From Lysobacterales bacterium (GTDB lineage Bacteria > Pseudomonadota > Gammaproteobacteria > Xanthomonadales > SZUA-5), in NCBI GenBank assembly GCA_022844165.1, contig JALHMH010000009.1, positions 67,411-131,410 on the forward strand: a stretch of 64,000 bases of DNA, read 5' to 3'. A program made the position numbers and the translations under genes. The notes under the pieces were generated by a model. The model ran no database searches. It saw only the letters and a list, made by a program, of their open reading frames with translations, and was not told the DNA's origin. Of this stretch, positions 20,866-31,100 are shown in pieces. Every line of letters begins with the position of its first letter. Position 1 is the first letter of the stretch.

Positions 20866-21726
20866 ATGCAAACGCTCGATCAGAACTGGTTTTCTGAGGC
20901 TCACGCCGGTTCAAACTCTGCTATCTCTTTCAAGATCAAGGGCTTGCTACATTCGGAGAAAACACCGTTCCAGACGATCGACATCTACGAGACCGTCGAT
21001 TGGGGCAACCTGATGGTCATCGATGGCTGCGTCATGCTGACCACGCGCGATAACTTCCTTTATCACGAGATGATGAGTCATCCGGCGCTCTACACCCATC
21101 CGCGCGCCAAGCGCGTGGTGATCATCGGCGGCGGCGATTGCGGCACACTGCGTGAGGTGTTGAAGCACGAAGAAGTCGAAGAAGCCGTGCAATGCGACAT
21201 CGACGAGCGCGTTACGCGGCTGGCGGAGCAGTATTTCCCAGAATTGTGCGACAGCAACGCCGACCCCCGCGCACGCTTGATGTTCGGCGATGGCATCAAG
21301 TACATGGCCGAGCACGAACCCGATGCGTTGGACGTCGTCATTGTCGATTCCACCGACCCTGTCGGCCCGGCCGAAGGTCTGTTCAACCGGGCCTTTTACC
21401 AAAGCTGCCTGAGAGCCCTAAAGCCGGGCGGCATTCTGGTTCAACAGAGTGAGTCGCCATTGGTGCATTTGCCGCTCATCACAGCCATGCGCACGCAGAT
21501 GAAGGGGGCCGGCTTTACGCATTTGCGCACGCTGTGCTTCCCTCAGCCGTGTTACCCGTCTGGCTGGTGGAGTTGCACCATGGCGCGCAAAGGCATCGAC
21601 CTCAACAGTTTCCGCGAACGCGGCGCGGCAACCAAGAAATTCGAGACGCGCTACTACAATGTCGATATCCATCGCGGCGCATTGGCCATGCCAGAGTTCA
21701 TGAAAAGCGCCTTTCCGGAAGGCTGA
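20866..21726 (+). CDS. speE: Polyamine aminopropyltransferase (spermidine synthase)
   Basis: YHEMMSHP, IIGGGDCGTLREV, VIVDSTDPVGPAEGLF. Confidence 0.95.
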   Translation: MQTLDQNWFSEAHAGSNSAISFKIKGLLHSEKTPFQTIDIYETVDWGNLMVIDGCVMLTTRDNFLYHEMMSHPALYTHPRAKRVVIIGGGDCGTLREVLKHEEVEEAVQCDIDERVTRLAEQYFPELCDSNADPRARLMFGDGIKYMAEHEPDALDVVIVDSTDPVGPAEGLFNRAFYQSCLRALKPGGILVQQSESPLVHLPLITAMRTQMKGAGFTHLRTLCFPQPCYPSGWWSCTMARKGIDLNSFRERGAATKKFETRYYNVDIHRGALAMPEFMKSAFPEG

Positions 21727-21853
21727 GAAAAGCTGGCACCTTTGCCGGCGGCGTGAACTTTGGCTGTCTGCGCTGGTCGACATTGGCTCTTTGTCCAAAT
21801 GTCCGCCGCGTATGCTCCGGCGCTTTCGCCCGCGGTCCTACCTGAGGTTGTTT

Positions 21854-22717
21854 ATGCGAATACTGATCTTATTGAGCCTGGCGATGGCCGGCGTGGCCAT
21901 GGCGACAGATCCAACAACCAGCCATACGCCCAACGGCGCGGGCAATGACAGGCCGCCAACCGAAGCCCACCAGGCCAATCCATCACTGCCCACGTGGGCA
22001 CCTGCCGCAATGCGGGAAGCAGAAAATTCAGCGATGCCGGGAAGAGTTGTCGCCAGAGCACCGCTCATGAGCCTGTTTCTCCCGGAGAACTGGCGTACCG
22101 ACGATGTGGTCACCACTGAGGTCGGGCCGGACGAGGCAGCGTCTTTGCATGAACTGGCGCAATCCGGCCTCGTGATCGATCTGGTCGATGGCAAGAAACG
22201 CGAGCGCCTCGTGACGTTTTTTCGCGCGCCGCTCAAGACTTACCGTGAGATGAGCAATGCTGGCAAGGGTATCGGCCGCATCGTGCTCACCGATTCGGAG
22301 TATGCGTATGTCGCCGTGCGCGGCGACAAAGGAAAGAGCCGAAGGTTCCGCCAGCTGCGGGGCGATGTTGAGGATGTTGTCGCGACATTGGCGATTTATG
22401 ACGAGCGCCGCGAACAGCTCGGGCGCCCATTGCCGGCTGGCTCGCACTTCACTGGCAAACTCAGCGATGGCAGTCCACTCAGCTTGGAACTCGCCTCCGA
22501 CGGTACCTTGGCGATGACATGGGGCGGACCCAACGGGCGAACCGCAAAAGGCCATTGGTTGCAGCGCGATTCGCAAATCCTGATGCAGTTGTTCGATGTT
22601 GAGCCAAAACCGCAGGGACCTGTCTATATGCAGTTCGACGGCGACTCGCTGATTGTGACCATGTGGGACACCCTGATCTTCGGCGAGCGTGGCATACAAC
22701 TCCTGCCGGCCAGGTAA
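21854..22717 (+). CDS. Secreted hypothetical protein (C-terminal NlpE/lipocalin-like beta domain possible)
   Basis: GAGG RBS and signal peptide MRILILLSLAMAGVAMA; stop overlaps the bioH start (TAATG). Confidence 0.7.
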   Translation: MRILILLSLAMAGVAMATDPTTSHTPNGAGNDRPPTEAHQANPSLPTWAPAAMREAENSAMPGRVVARAPLMSLFLPENWRTDDVVTTEVGPDEAASLHELAQSGLVIDLVDGKKRERLVTFFRAPLKTYREMSNAGKGIGRIVLTDSEYAYVAVRGDKGKSRRFRQLRGDVEDVVATLAIYDERREQLGRPLPAGSHFTGKLSDGSPLSLELASDGTLAMTWGGPNGRTAKGHWLQRDSQILMQLFDVEPKPQGPVYMQFDGDSLIVTMWDTLIFGERGIQLLPAR

Positions 22718-23472
22718 TGCACCTCGACATCATCGGCAGCGGCCCACCGCTGCTGTTGATTCACGGGTGGGCAATGCACGGCGGCGTTTTTGCCCCGCTG
22801 GTGGAACGCCTGAAAGCCGACTTTCAATGCTGGCTGGTCGATCTACCCGGCCATGGATTGTCAGAAGAGCGCGCAACAGTCGATCTTGAACAGACGGCTG
22901 AACGCTTGTTGGACCTGGTACCCGCCGGAACTCACTGGTTGGGCTGGTCATTGGGCGGGCAACTGGTGCTCGACGCGGTTTCACTCGCCCCTGAGCGCAT
23001 TGCGGCGGTCATCATGATCGCCAGCTCGCCGCGTTTTGTATCAGGCGACGATTGGCCTTATGCCGTAAGCGAATCGGTGTTTGCCGGATTCGCCACAGAA
23101 CTGGAGAACAACTTCCAGCGGACGATTGACCGGTTCCTCGCCCTTGAGGTGCACGGCGATGATGCTGCGCGCGAAGAACTGCGTTCGTTACGCGACTGCA
23201 TCGCAACCCGGCCGCCATCGGATCCTGCGGTGTTAAGGACCGGCCTCGAATGGCTTCGGTCGCGCGACGACCGCGCGCGCGTCGCGCGTATCCGTTGCCC
23301 AAGCCTGTGGCTGGCCGGGCTGCGGGACCGGCTGGTGCCCGCAGCAGCGATGCGCTGGGCGGCGCAGGCATGCGGCGGCGATTTCGCCGACTGGCCCTGC
23401 GGACATGCGCCGTTTCTGTCGCATGCCGACTCAATCGCCCATGCGATTCGTGGCTTTCTCACACGCCGATGA
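22717..23472 (+). CDS. bioH: Pimeloyl-ACP methyl ester esterase (alpha/beta hydrolase)
   Basis: IHGWAMHGGVF, DLPGHG, GWSLGG nucleophile, SSPRF, GHAPFLSH. Confidence 0.88.
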   Translation: MHLDIIGSGPPLLLIHGWAMHGGVFAPLVERLKADFQCWLVDLPGHGLSEERATVDLEQTAERLLDLVPAGTHWLGWSLGGQLVLDAVSLAPERIAAVIMIASSPRFVSGDDWPYAVSESVFAGFATELENNFQRTIDRFLALEVHGDDAAREELRSLRDCIATRPPSDPAVLRTGLEWLRSRDDRARVARIRCPSLWLAGLRDRLVPAAAMRWAAQACGGDFADWPCGHAPFLSHADSIAHAIRGFLTRR

Positions 23473-24179
23473 TCGATATTATCGCCCGCGGGGAGGGCTG
23501 GCTGGCGGTAAACAAACCCGCCGGCCTGAGCGTTCATAGCTCCAGTTACACCGGGCCGTGCACCGCAACACTTGTCGATGAAGTCAGGCGCCAACTGAAC
23601 GTGAATCGTGTCCATGCTGTCCACCGGCTCGATCACGCCACCAGTGGCGTACTGTTGCTCGCCCTGGATCCACGCACCACGGCGTTTTTCACTGAGCAGT
23701 TCGCAACACGTCGAGTGCGCAAACGCTACCTGGCTGTTGTGCGCGGCCACACAGCGACATCCTTTGTCATCGATTCAGCCCTGTCTGGTCGCGACGGGCA
23801 AGCGCCTAAAGATGCGCGCACGTCATTCGAAACCATCGGCACACTCACCCTGCCGATTGCCGTTGGGCGATACCCAGAAGCACGCTATTCACTGCTCGAA
23901 GCGCTGCCACACACCGGTCGGCATCACCAGATCCGCCGCCATCTGAAGCACGCCTCCCATCCGATCGTCGGCGATGTGAAATATGGCAAGGGACATCACA
24001 ACCGTCTGTTCCGGCAGCATTTCGGGATCCATCGACTCTTGTTGCACGCAGTAGAACTGGGCATCGCCACACCTGAAGATGAACACACAACGTTAATTGC
24101 GCCGGTTGATGAGCTGATGCGACGCGCAATTACGCATATGACTATGTCTGTCGATCGCATAGCGGCCAAAGTCCTCTAG
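23469..24179 (+). CDS. RluA-family pseudouridine synthase (TruC-like)
   Basis: VNKPAGL, VHRLDHATSGVLL, TGRHHQIRRHL, HPIVGDVKYG. Confidence 0.9.
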   Translation: MIDIIARGEGWLAVNKPAGLSVHSSSYTGPCTATLVDEVRRQLNVNRVHAVHRLDHATSGVLLLALDPRTTAFFTEQFATRRVRKRYLAVVRGHTATSFVIDSALSGRDGQAPKDARTSFETIGTLTLPIAVGRYPEARYSLLEALPHTGRHHQIRRHLKHASHPIVGDVKYGKGHHNRLFRQHFGIHRLLLHAVELGIATPEDEHTTLIAPVDELMRRAITHMTMSVDRIAAKVL

Positions 24180-24335
24180 GACATTGTTGAGAAACGCACT
24201 TCCTGTGCGTTTCTCAAGTCGCGAGTCCGGCACATGTCCGGACTCGCTCTTCATGGATCAAGCACTTACGTGCTTGACCCATGTGCGAACCATCCATGGT
24301 TCGCGCCCGCAGGCTGTTCCTCAACAGCCTGCTAG
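24176..24335. mobile_element. MITE-like five-hairpin element bounded by CTAG
   Basis: Five consecutive stems of 9-14 bp; imperfect terminal inverted repeats CTAG-N5-TGTTGAG; no coding capacity. Confidence 0.65.
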
Positions 24336-24343
24336 TGACCGAC

Positions 24344-24440
24344 GGGGGCGATTGAGCGCGCATCGCTTAATCGGGGATGTGGCGAGTATCCTGCCGAGCA
24401 AAGCCAACAGCGCTCGGCGGTCCGAGGCGAAGCCTCTCTA
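24344..24440. repeat. Dispersed palindromic intergenic repeat, copy 2
   Basis: GGGGGCGATTGAGCGCGCA...AAGCCAACA..GCTCGGCGGTC.GAGGCGAAGCCTC matches 2281-2380. Confidence 0.78.
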
Positions 24441-24461
24441 AACATTAGTCGGGGGTAGTTA

Positions 24462-25070
24462 GTGAACAAGCTCGTTCGTGTGACCTTGATCCTGACGGCA
24501 TTGCTGCTTGCGGCCTGCGGTTCAACCTCAAAGATGAAACCTTCGCCGAGCGGTGAATCCGGTCGCACGGCAGACAAAGCCGCGATTTCCGCGGACTTTG
24601 CGCGATTCAATAAAGTGATCGTTCGCGATTTCGAAAATGCCGTTGTGGTAACAACCAAGAATGCTGCCAAACGTGAAGTCGAACTGAGCCAGGCAACGGC
24701 CGCGGGCCGCCGCTTTGCCGACCAGATCGCGGAGGGCCTGAAGGGCAACCCAGCATTCGCCAGCGTAGAACGTACCGGGACACCGGACGCGGAAACACTG
24801 GTCATCAGCGGGAAGGTCACGAAGTACAAGCGTGGCAATGCCGCTCTGCGTCTGATGGTCGGCTTCGGCGCAGGCAGTGCGAACTTCGATGCGCGCGTGG
24901 CATTCATCGATGGCGCAAATAACGGCGAAATCTCTACGATTACCGTGGACAAGAACAGTTGGTTCCTGGGCGGAATCCTGGCCGCGACGCAGACCGTGGA
25001 TGACTTCCTCGACAGTGCGGCCAGCAAAGTCGCTGAGGAAACGGTGCGCGCCAAGGCTGGGGACAAGTAA
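24462..25070 (+). CDS. Lipoprotein, DUF4410-like
   Basis: Lipobox LAACG; YKRGNAALRLMVGFGAG motif. Confidence 0.75.
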   Translation: MNKLVRVTLILTALLLAACGSTSKMKPSPSGESGRTADKAAISADFARFNKVIVRDFENAVVVTTKNAAKREVELSQATAAGRRFADQIAEGLKGNPAFASVERTGTPDAETLVISGKVTKYKRGNAALRLMVGFGAGSANFDARVAFIDGANNGEISTITVDKNSWFLGGILAATQTVDDFLDSAASKVAEETVRAKAGDK

Positions 25071-25100
25071 TGCGAGCGCGGTCCGGCTAAACTCTTCAGG

Positions 25101-26801
25101 ATGGCCGGCCGCATTCCAGATTCCTTCGTCGATGAACTCTTACAGCGGGTCGACATCGTCGACATCGTCAACGCGAGAGTCCCGCTCAAGCGCGCCGGTA
25201 AAGAGTACCAGGCACGTTGTCCATTCCACGACGAACGAACACCGTCGTTCACCGTCGTGCCGCAAAAACAGTTCTTTCACTGCTTCGGCTGCGGCGCGCA
25301 TGGCTCGGCCATCAAGTTCGTCATGGACTACGATGGCCTGAGTTTCCCCGACGCGATCGAGACCCTGGCCGCACATGTCGGCATGCACGTTCCGCGGGAC
25401 CAGACGCATCGCGACGAACAGGATTCGCTGGCTCCACTGTATGCCGTCATCGCCGAGGCCAACCAGTGGTTCAGGGCTCAGCTCGCCAAACACCCGCGAG
25501 CGCTGAGCTACTTCGAACGTCGCGGTGTCAGCGCAGCCATGAGCGAACGCTTCGAACTGGGATATGCGCCGGATCGTTGGGATGGGCTGCTGAATGCTCT
25601 TGGACCGGTGCGACGCGACGAGATGTCCGCAGCCGGATTGCTGTCGGTGAAAGACGACGGTCATGCCTACGACAAATTTCGCGACCGCGTGATGTTCCCG
25701 ATTCACGATCGCCGCGGCAGGCCGATGGCATTTGGCGGGCGAATTCTCGAACAGGGCGAGCCGAAGTATTTGAATTCGCCGGAGACCCCGTTGTTCCACA
25801 AGGGCCGCGAACTCTACGGCCTGTCTTTGGCGCGCCCGGCAGCACAGAAGTCCGGGAGGCTGGTGGTCGTAGAGGGTTACATGGATGTGGTATCGCTGGC
25901 GCAGCATGGTGTCGAGGAAGTCGTCGCCACACTTGGAACAGCGACCACCAAAGACCACGCCGAACTGCTCTATCGCAATGTTGAGGGTGTGGTGTTCTGC
26001 TTCGACGGCGATCGCGCTGGCGTGGCCGCCGCATGGCGTGCACTGGAGTCGACGCTGCCGCGTTTGAAGGATGGCCGGCAAGCGCATTTCTTGTTTCTGC
26101 CGGATGGAGAGGACCCGGACACGATCGTACGCAAGGAAGGCGCGGGTGGCTTTCGTGCGCGGCTCGATCGAGCGCAACCATTGTCGGACTACTTGTTCGC
26201 CACACTCGAAAGCGACATCGACATGACCACGATCGATGGTCGTGCGCGACTGACCGCACGGGCGCGGCCACTGATCGACAGTATGCCCGATGGCGCATTT
26301 CGCGACTTGATGCGCCAGGCGCTGGCAGATCGCAGTGGCGCACGACGAGTCACGGTGGCAAACGAGCCTGCGCCGGTGCGCAAACCGCGCCCGGCCGGCG
26401 CGCCGCGCACACTGGTCAGGCAGGCGCTGGCACTGCTGCTTGCCAAACCACAATTGGCGCTCGAAATCGAACTACCGAGCGGCTTCGAACGCGTCGACAA
26501 ACCGGGTAGCGAAGTGCTCCGTGAGCTGATGCAACTGACGCGCGACAGGCCGCTCGCCAGCGCCACTGAACTGATCGAGCACTTTGAAGGCAGCACCCGC
26601 GATGCCCTGATCAAACTCTCGATCTCCGAAGTGCCGGGCGATGAAACAGCATGGCGCGAGGACCTGATGAGTGCGCTGATCAAACTCATTGAGCAAAGCG
26701 ACGCCGACCGGCGGCAAGCGCTCAGCGAAAAACTACGCAGCGGTGCGCTGGATGAAGCGGAGAAGGCAGAATTGCGTGTGTTGCTGGCGAGGAAGAACTG
26801 A
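25101..26801 (+). CDS. dnaG: DNA primase
   Basis: CPFH/CFGC zinc finger, KFRDRVMFPI, KYLNSPET, VEGYMDV and FCFDGDRAG TOPRIM motifs. Confidence 0.97.
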   Translation: MAGRIPDSFVDELLQRVDIVDIVNARVPLKRAGKEYQARCPFHDERTPSFTVVPQKQFFHCFGCGAHGSAIKFVMDYDGLSFPDAIETLAAHVGMHVPRDQTHRDEQDSLAPLYAVIAEANQWFRAQLAKHPRALSYFERRGVSAAMSERFELGYAPDRWDGLLNALGPVRRDEMSAAGLLSVKDDGHAYDKFRDRVMFPIHDRRGRPMAFGGRILEQGEPKYLNSPETPLFHKGRELYGLSLARPAAQKSGRLVVVEGYMDVVSLAQHGVEEVVATLGTATTKDHAELLYRNVEGVVFCFDGDRAGVAAAWRALESTLPRLKDGRQAHFLFLPDGEDPDTIVRKEGAGGFRARLDRAQPLSDYLFATLESDIDMTTIDGRARLTARARPLIDSMPDGAFRDLMRQALADRSGARRVTVANEPAPVRKPRPAGAPRTLVRQALALLLAKPQLALEIELPSGFERVDKPGSEVLRELMQLTRDRPLASATELIEHFEGSTRDALIKLSISEVPGDETAWREDLMSALIKLIEQSDADRRQALSEKLRSGALDEAEKAELRVLLARKN

Positions 26802-26810
26802 GAAGGAACT

Positions 26811-26922
26811 GAAGCGGGGACACGGGCTGCGAGTGGCGGGATAAAATGGCCCGTCGCAGATTTCCAAGGCGCACGGGGCAACGAGATTCTCACGTGCCTT
26901 GTGCCCCAACACCCCCGTGCCA
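26811..26922. repeat. CGGGGCA-type short direct and inverted repeats between dnaG and tdk
   Basis: GCGGGGACACGGG and GCACGGGGCA, then inverted CACGTGCC, GTGCCCC, CCCCGTGCC; same motif as the hrpA insertion. Confidence 0.5.
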
Positions 26923-26935
26923 GACGAGACCCACC

Positions 26936-27556
26936 ATGGCAAAACTCTACTTTTACTACTCGGCGATGAACGCCGGAAAGACCACGGTGCTACTGCAAAG
27001 CGCGCACAACTATCACGAACGCGGCATGCGCACGCTGATTTATACGCCGCGTATCGACAACCGTTACGGCGAGGGCTTGGTTCAGTCGCGGATTGGCCTG
27101 AAAGCCAGGGCGCGCGCCTTCGAGCGCAGCGAGGATTTGTTCCTGGCCACCACAGCCGATATCGACGCCAACGGTGCGCTCCATTGCGTGCTCGTCGATG
27201 AGGCGCAGTTCCTCAGCAAATCGCAGGTCTGGCAGCTCAGCGACATCGTCGATCATTTGAATGTACCGGTGCTGGCCTATGGCCTGCGCACCGACTTCCA
27301 GGGCGAGCTGTTCGAAGGCTCGAAGTACCTGCTTGCATGGTCCGACTCGATGAGCGAGATCAAGACCATTTGCCACACCGGGCGTAAAGCAACGATGGTG
27401 GTCCGCGTTGATGAGCAGGGCCGTGCGATAACGCAGGGCGCACAAGTAGAAATCGGCGGCAACGAGCGCTACGTCTCGGTGTCGCGCGCCGAGTTCAAGC
27501 GCATTTTCGATGGTGACGGCGCGCTGCCGCTGAAACAGGGGACGTTGTTTTCGTGA
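26936..27556 (+). CDS. tdk: Thymidine kinase
   Basis: [38 protein letters not shown]. Confidence 0.97.
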   Translation: MAKLYFYYSAMNAGKTTVLLQSAHNYHERGMRTLIYTPRIDNRYGEGLVQSRIGLKARARAFERSEDLFLATTADIDANGALHCVLVDEAQFLSKSQVWQLSDIVDHLNVPVLAYGLRTDFQGELFEGSKYLLAWSDSMSEIKTICHTGRKATMVVRVDEQGRAITQGAQVEIGGNERYVSVSRAEFKRIFDGDGALPLKQGTLFS

Positions 27557-27590
27557 GCTACGCCTTATCTACCTCTTGCCTCGCGAAGAT

Positions 27591-28049
27591 TCATCGGCGT
27601 TCGGACAACTCGCGTAGCATCCGAGTAATGGATTGAACTACGAGTGCCCGGAATCGATTCCCTGCGGACGTCAGGTTGTGGCGGACGTTGGCTCCAGTGT
27701 CGTCTGGATTCAATATGTCCAGCAACCCCGCCTCACTCAATTTCTGTATCCGGTGTCTAAAGATTTCTGTTGGGAGCGGGGTCTCGTAGTTAAAACCCTC
27801 ATGTTCGGTAAAAGAGACCAGCAAAAAAAGTTCTAGTTCCTCATTCGTCAACGAAGAAATGTTCTGAAGTTGTTCATGGGTTAGGCGCTGATCGCGCACC
27901 TCCTCCTCAAACTGAACTTCGACAGAGCCAGCTTTCGCACCTCGAATCCTGAGGAGCATTCTTCTCAGCGGCGATCCGAACAGGACAAACCCTATGATTG
28001 CAACGAGTGGCCATGAGCCATGCTCGATGAATGACTGCACAATTTCCAT
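27591..28049 (-). CDS. Hypothetical protein with N-terminal TM helix and possible winged-helix C-terminus
   Basis: GGGGA RBS before MEIVQSF; one hydrophobic helix; IQKLSEAGLL...LTSAG pattern; AT-richer than its neighbours. Confidence 0.65.
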   Translation of the reverse strand: MEIVQSFIEHGSWPLVAIIGFVLFGSPLRRMLLRIRGAKAGSVEVQFEEEVRDQRLTHEQLQNISSLTNEELELFLLVSFTEHEGFNYETPLPTEIFRHRIQKLSEAGLLDILNPDDTGANVRHNLTSAGNRFRALVVQSITRMLRELSERR

Positions 28050-28123
28050 GTTTATTCCCCCAGTCTTTCGTAACAAGCTTAGACCAATGCGGCAATCAAG
28101 TCTCGTTGAATTGCCTTTCTAGC

Positions 28124-31100
28124 ATGCCCACTCACCGCGATCTACGTGAGCGCATTGCGCGTGCCTCTGCGCACGACTTTCCGCGCCTGTATGCGCTGTG
28201 GAAGGCGTTGCCGCAGGACGCGTCAGAGGCCCCGCGCGTGGCGGCGCTGGTTCGGCTGCTGGAAACCTCCGAAGCGCTCGTGGCCGCGCGGGCGGCGAGT
28301 GTGCCGAAGCTGGTGATCCCCGAAGAGTTGCCGATCGCGGCGCACGCGCAGGCTCTGGTGGCGGCGATTGAAGAACATCCGGTCGTGATCGTGGCTGGCG
28401 CCACCGGTTCGGGCAAGACCACGCAGCTGCCTAAGCTCGCGCTGCTGGCAGGTCGCGGCAGGCGCGGTGTGATCGGCTGCACGCAACCGCGGCGCATTGC
28501 GGCGCGCAGCATCGCGCGGCGTGTGGCCGAAGAGACCGGCACCACGCTCGGCGACAAAGTTGGATTTGCCGTGCGCTTTCAGGACCAGGTCAGCGAGCAG
28601 ACGCTGATCAAGTTCATGACCGACGGTATCCTGCTCGCCGAGACTCAGAGCGACCGGCACCTACGCCGCTACGACACGCTGATCATCGACGAGGCCCACG
28701 AGCGCAGCCTCAACATCGATTTTTTGCTCGGGTACTTGAAGAATCTGCTGCAGCGGCGGCCCGATCTGAAGCTGATCATTACCTCGGCGACGATCGATAC
28801 CGAGAGTTTTGCACGACATTTCTCCGGCGCACCGGTGATCGAGATCGAAGGCCGCGGGTATCCGGTGGAAATCCGCTATCGCCCCATCGAAGGCGATCGC
28901 GATGAGCGAGCTGATCAAGGACTAGTGCGCGGCATCTCCCAAGCGATCGACGAGTTGGGGCAGAGCGATCCGCGCGGCGATTTCCTGGTGTTCCTGCCCG
29001 GCGAGCGCGAGATTCGCGATGTACACAAAGCGCTGGAGGGCCGGCGTCTGCCGCACACCGAGATTCTGCCGCTCTACGCGCGGCTATCGAGCGCAGCCCA
29101 GGAGCGCGTCTTCCAGCCCGGCACCGGGCGGCGCGTGGTGCTGGCCACGAATGTCGCCGAGACCTCTATCACCGTGCCGCGCATTCGCTTTGTGATCGAC
29201 ACCGGGATGGCGCGCGTCAATCGCTACAGTCAGCGCGCAAAAGTGCAGCGCTTGCAGATCGAACCAATCAGCCAGGCCGCCGCAAACCAGCGCGCCGGGC
29301 GCTGCGGGCGAACGTCCAGCGGCATCTGCGTGCGCCTGTACGATGAAGCGGACTACCAAAGGCGTCGACCGTACACCGATCCTGAGTTGCTTCGGTCGTC
29401 CCTGGCGGGTGTGATCTTGCGCATGCTCGATCTGGGCCTGGGCGATCCTAAACGCTTCCCGTTCATCGATGCGCCGGGCGACCGCGCCATCGACGATGGT
29501 TATGTATTGCTGGGCGAGCTTGGCGCGCTCGACGAAAAGCGCGCGCTCAACGCCGTCGGTCGCGAGATGGCGCGCCTGCCGATCGACGTGCGCCTGGCGC
29601 GCTTTTTAGTCGCTGCGCGCGACACTGATCAGTTCGAAGCGGCGCTGGTGATTGCCGCTGGCTTATCGATTCAAGACCCACGCGAACGCCCTGCAGAAGC
29701 GCGCGGCCTGGCCGACGCCGCGCATCGGATCGACGTGCACGACAAGAGCGATCTCTTGACGCTCGTCAACCTGTGGGCGCGCTACACGCACGAGCACGAA
29801 GAGCGCACGCAAAGCCAGTTGCGCGAGTGGTGCAAAGCTCAATTCCTGTCGTATCTGCGCATGCGCGAATGGCGCGAGCTGCATCGGCAGCTGCGGGTCG
29901 TTGTGGGGGAGCTGGGGTGGCGTTGGGAGCTTGAGAGCGGGGCACAGAGGCGTAGCGAATCGCTTGCGAGCCACGCTCGCGATTCGCGTAGCGCTACCGA
30001 GCTGCGCTCAGAGGCCGGAGCGGGGCACGGGGCACGGGAAGGCGCTATCCAGATCGTCAGGCGACGTGCCCCAGACCGGACGCCATCGACATCGATTGAG
30101 CGATCCGCCGCTCCTCACGTGCCCCGTGACCCGTTGACCGTGCCCCGTTCCAAAGACTTCGAGACGCTCCACCGTGCCTTCCTCACCGCCTACGTCACGC
30201 ACGTCGCGCGCAAGGACGACAAACATCGCTATCGCGGTCCACGTGGGCGTTCGTTGCAGATCTTTCCCGGCTCAGGCCAGGCCAAGGTTGGTCCACCGTG
30301 GATTGTCAGCGCCACCATTCTGGAAACCGAAAAGCTCTACGCGTTGATGAACGCGCGGATCGACCCGGCGTGGATCGAGCCGGCCTGTCAGCACTTGAGC
30401 AAACGCCAGCACTACGAACCGACGTGGGATCTCAAGGGTGGTCGAGCGGTCGGTTTCGAGGACGTCACGCTGTTTGGATTGCCGATCGTGCAGCGACGAC
30501 GCATCAACTATGCGAGTGCCGATCCCATCTCGGCGCGTGCGCTGATGATTCGCCATCAGTTGGTGCGCGGCGAAGGTCCGGCTCGCCACCCGGTACTGGC
30601 GCACAACGATGCGTTACGTCAGCAGGCCAAGGACAAAGAAGAGAAACTGCGCCGCCGCGGTTTACTGCGTGATGAGATCGATCTCACCGAGTGGTTCGAC
30701 TCACGCGTGCCCACCGATGTGCTGGATTCGCACCAGTTGCAGCGCTGGCTGCGCCACGCACCCGCATCTGTGACCGAAGTGCTCAAATGGACGCTCGACG
30801 ATCTTGTTGTCGCCGATGCCCGCGGCGATGAGAGCGAGCGCTTTCCCGACGCGCTGGAGCTGGTTGGACAACGCCTGCCCCTGAACTACGCCTTTGACCC
30901 GAATGGCGAGCGTGATGGCGCAACGCTGACCATTCCGCTCAACGTACTCATGAGCCTCTCGGAATCGGACATCGACTGGCTGATACCAGGCTGGCGGGAG
31001 GAAAAAGCGGCCGCGCTGATCAAGTCTCTCCCCAAAGCGCTGCGCCGCCATGTGGTACCGGCGCCGGATTTCGCGCGCGCCTTTCTTGAAGGCACGACGC

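Noticed and set aside
24176-24440. CRISPR array or integron attC cassette array
   Set aside because: The hairpins differ in sequence and have no unique spacers; no cas or intI gene in the window
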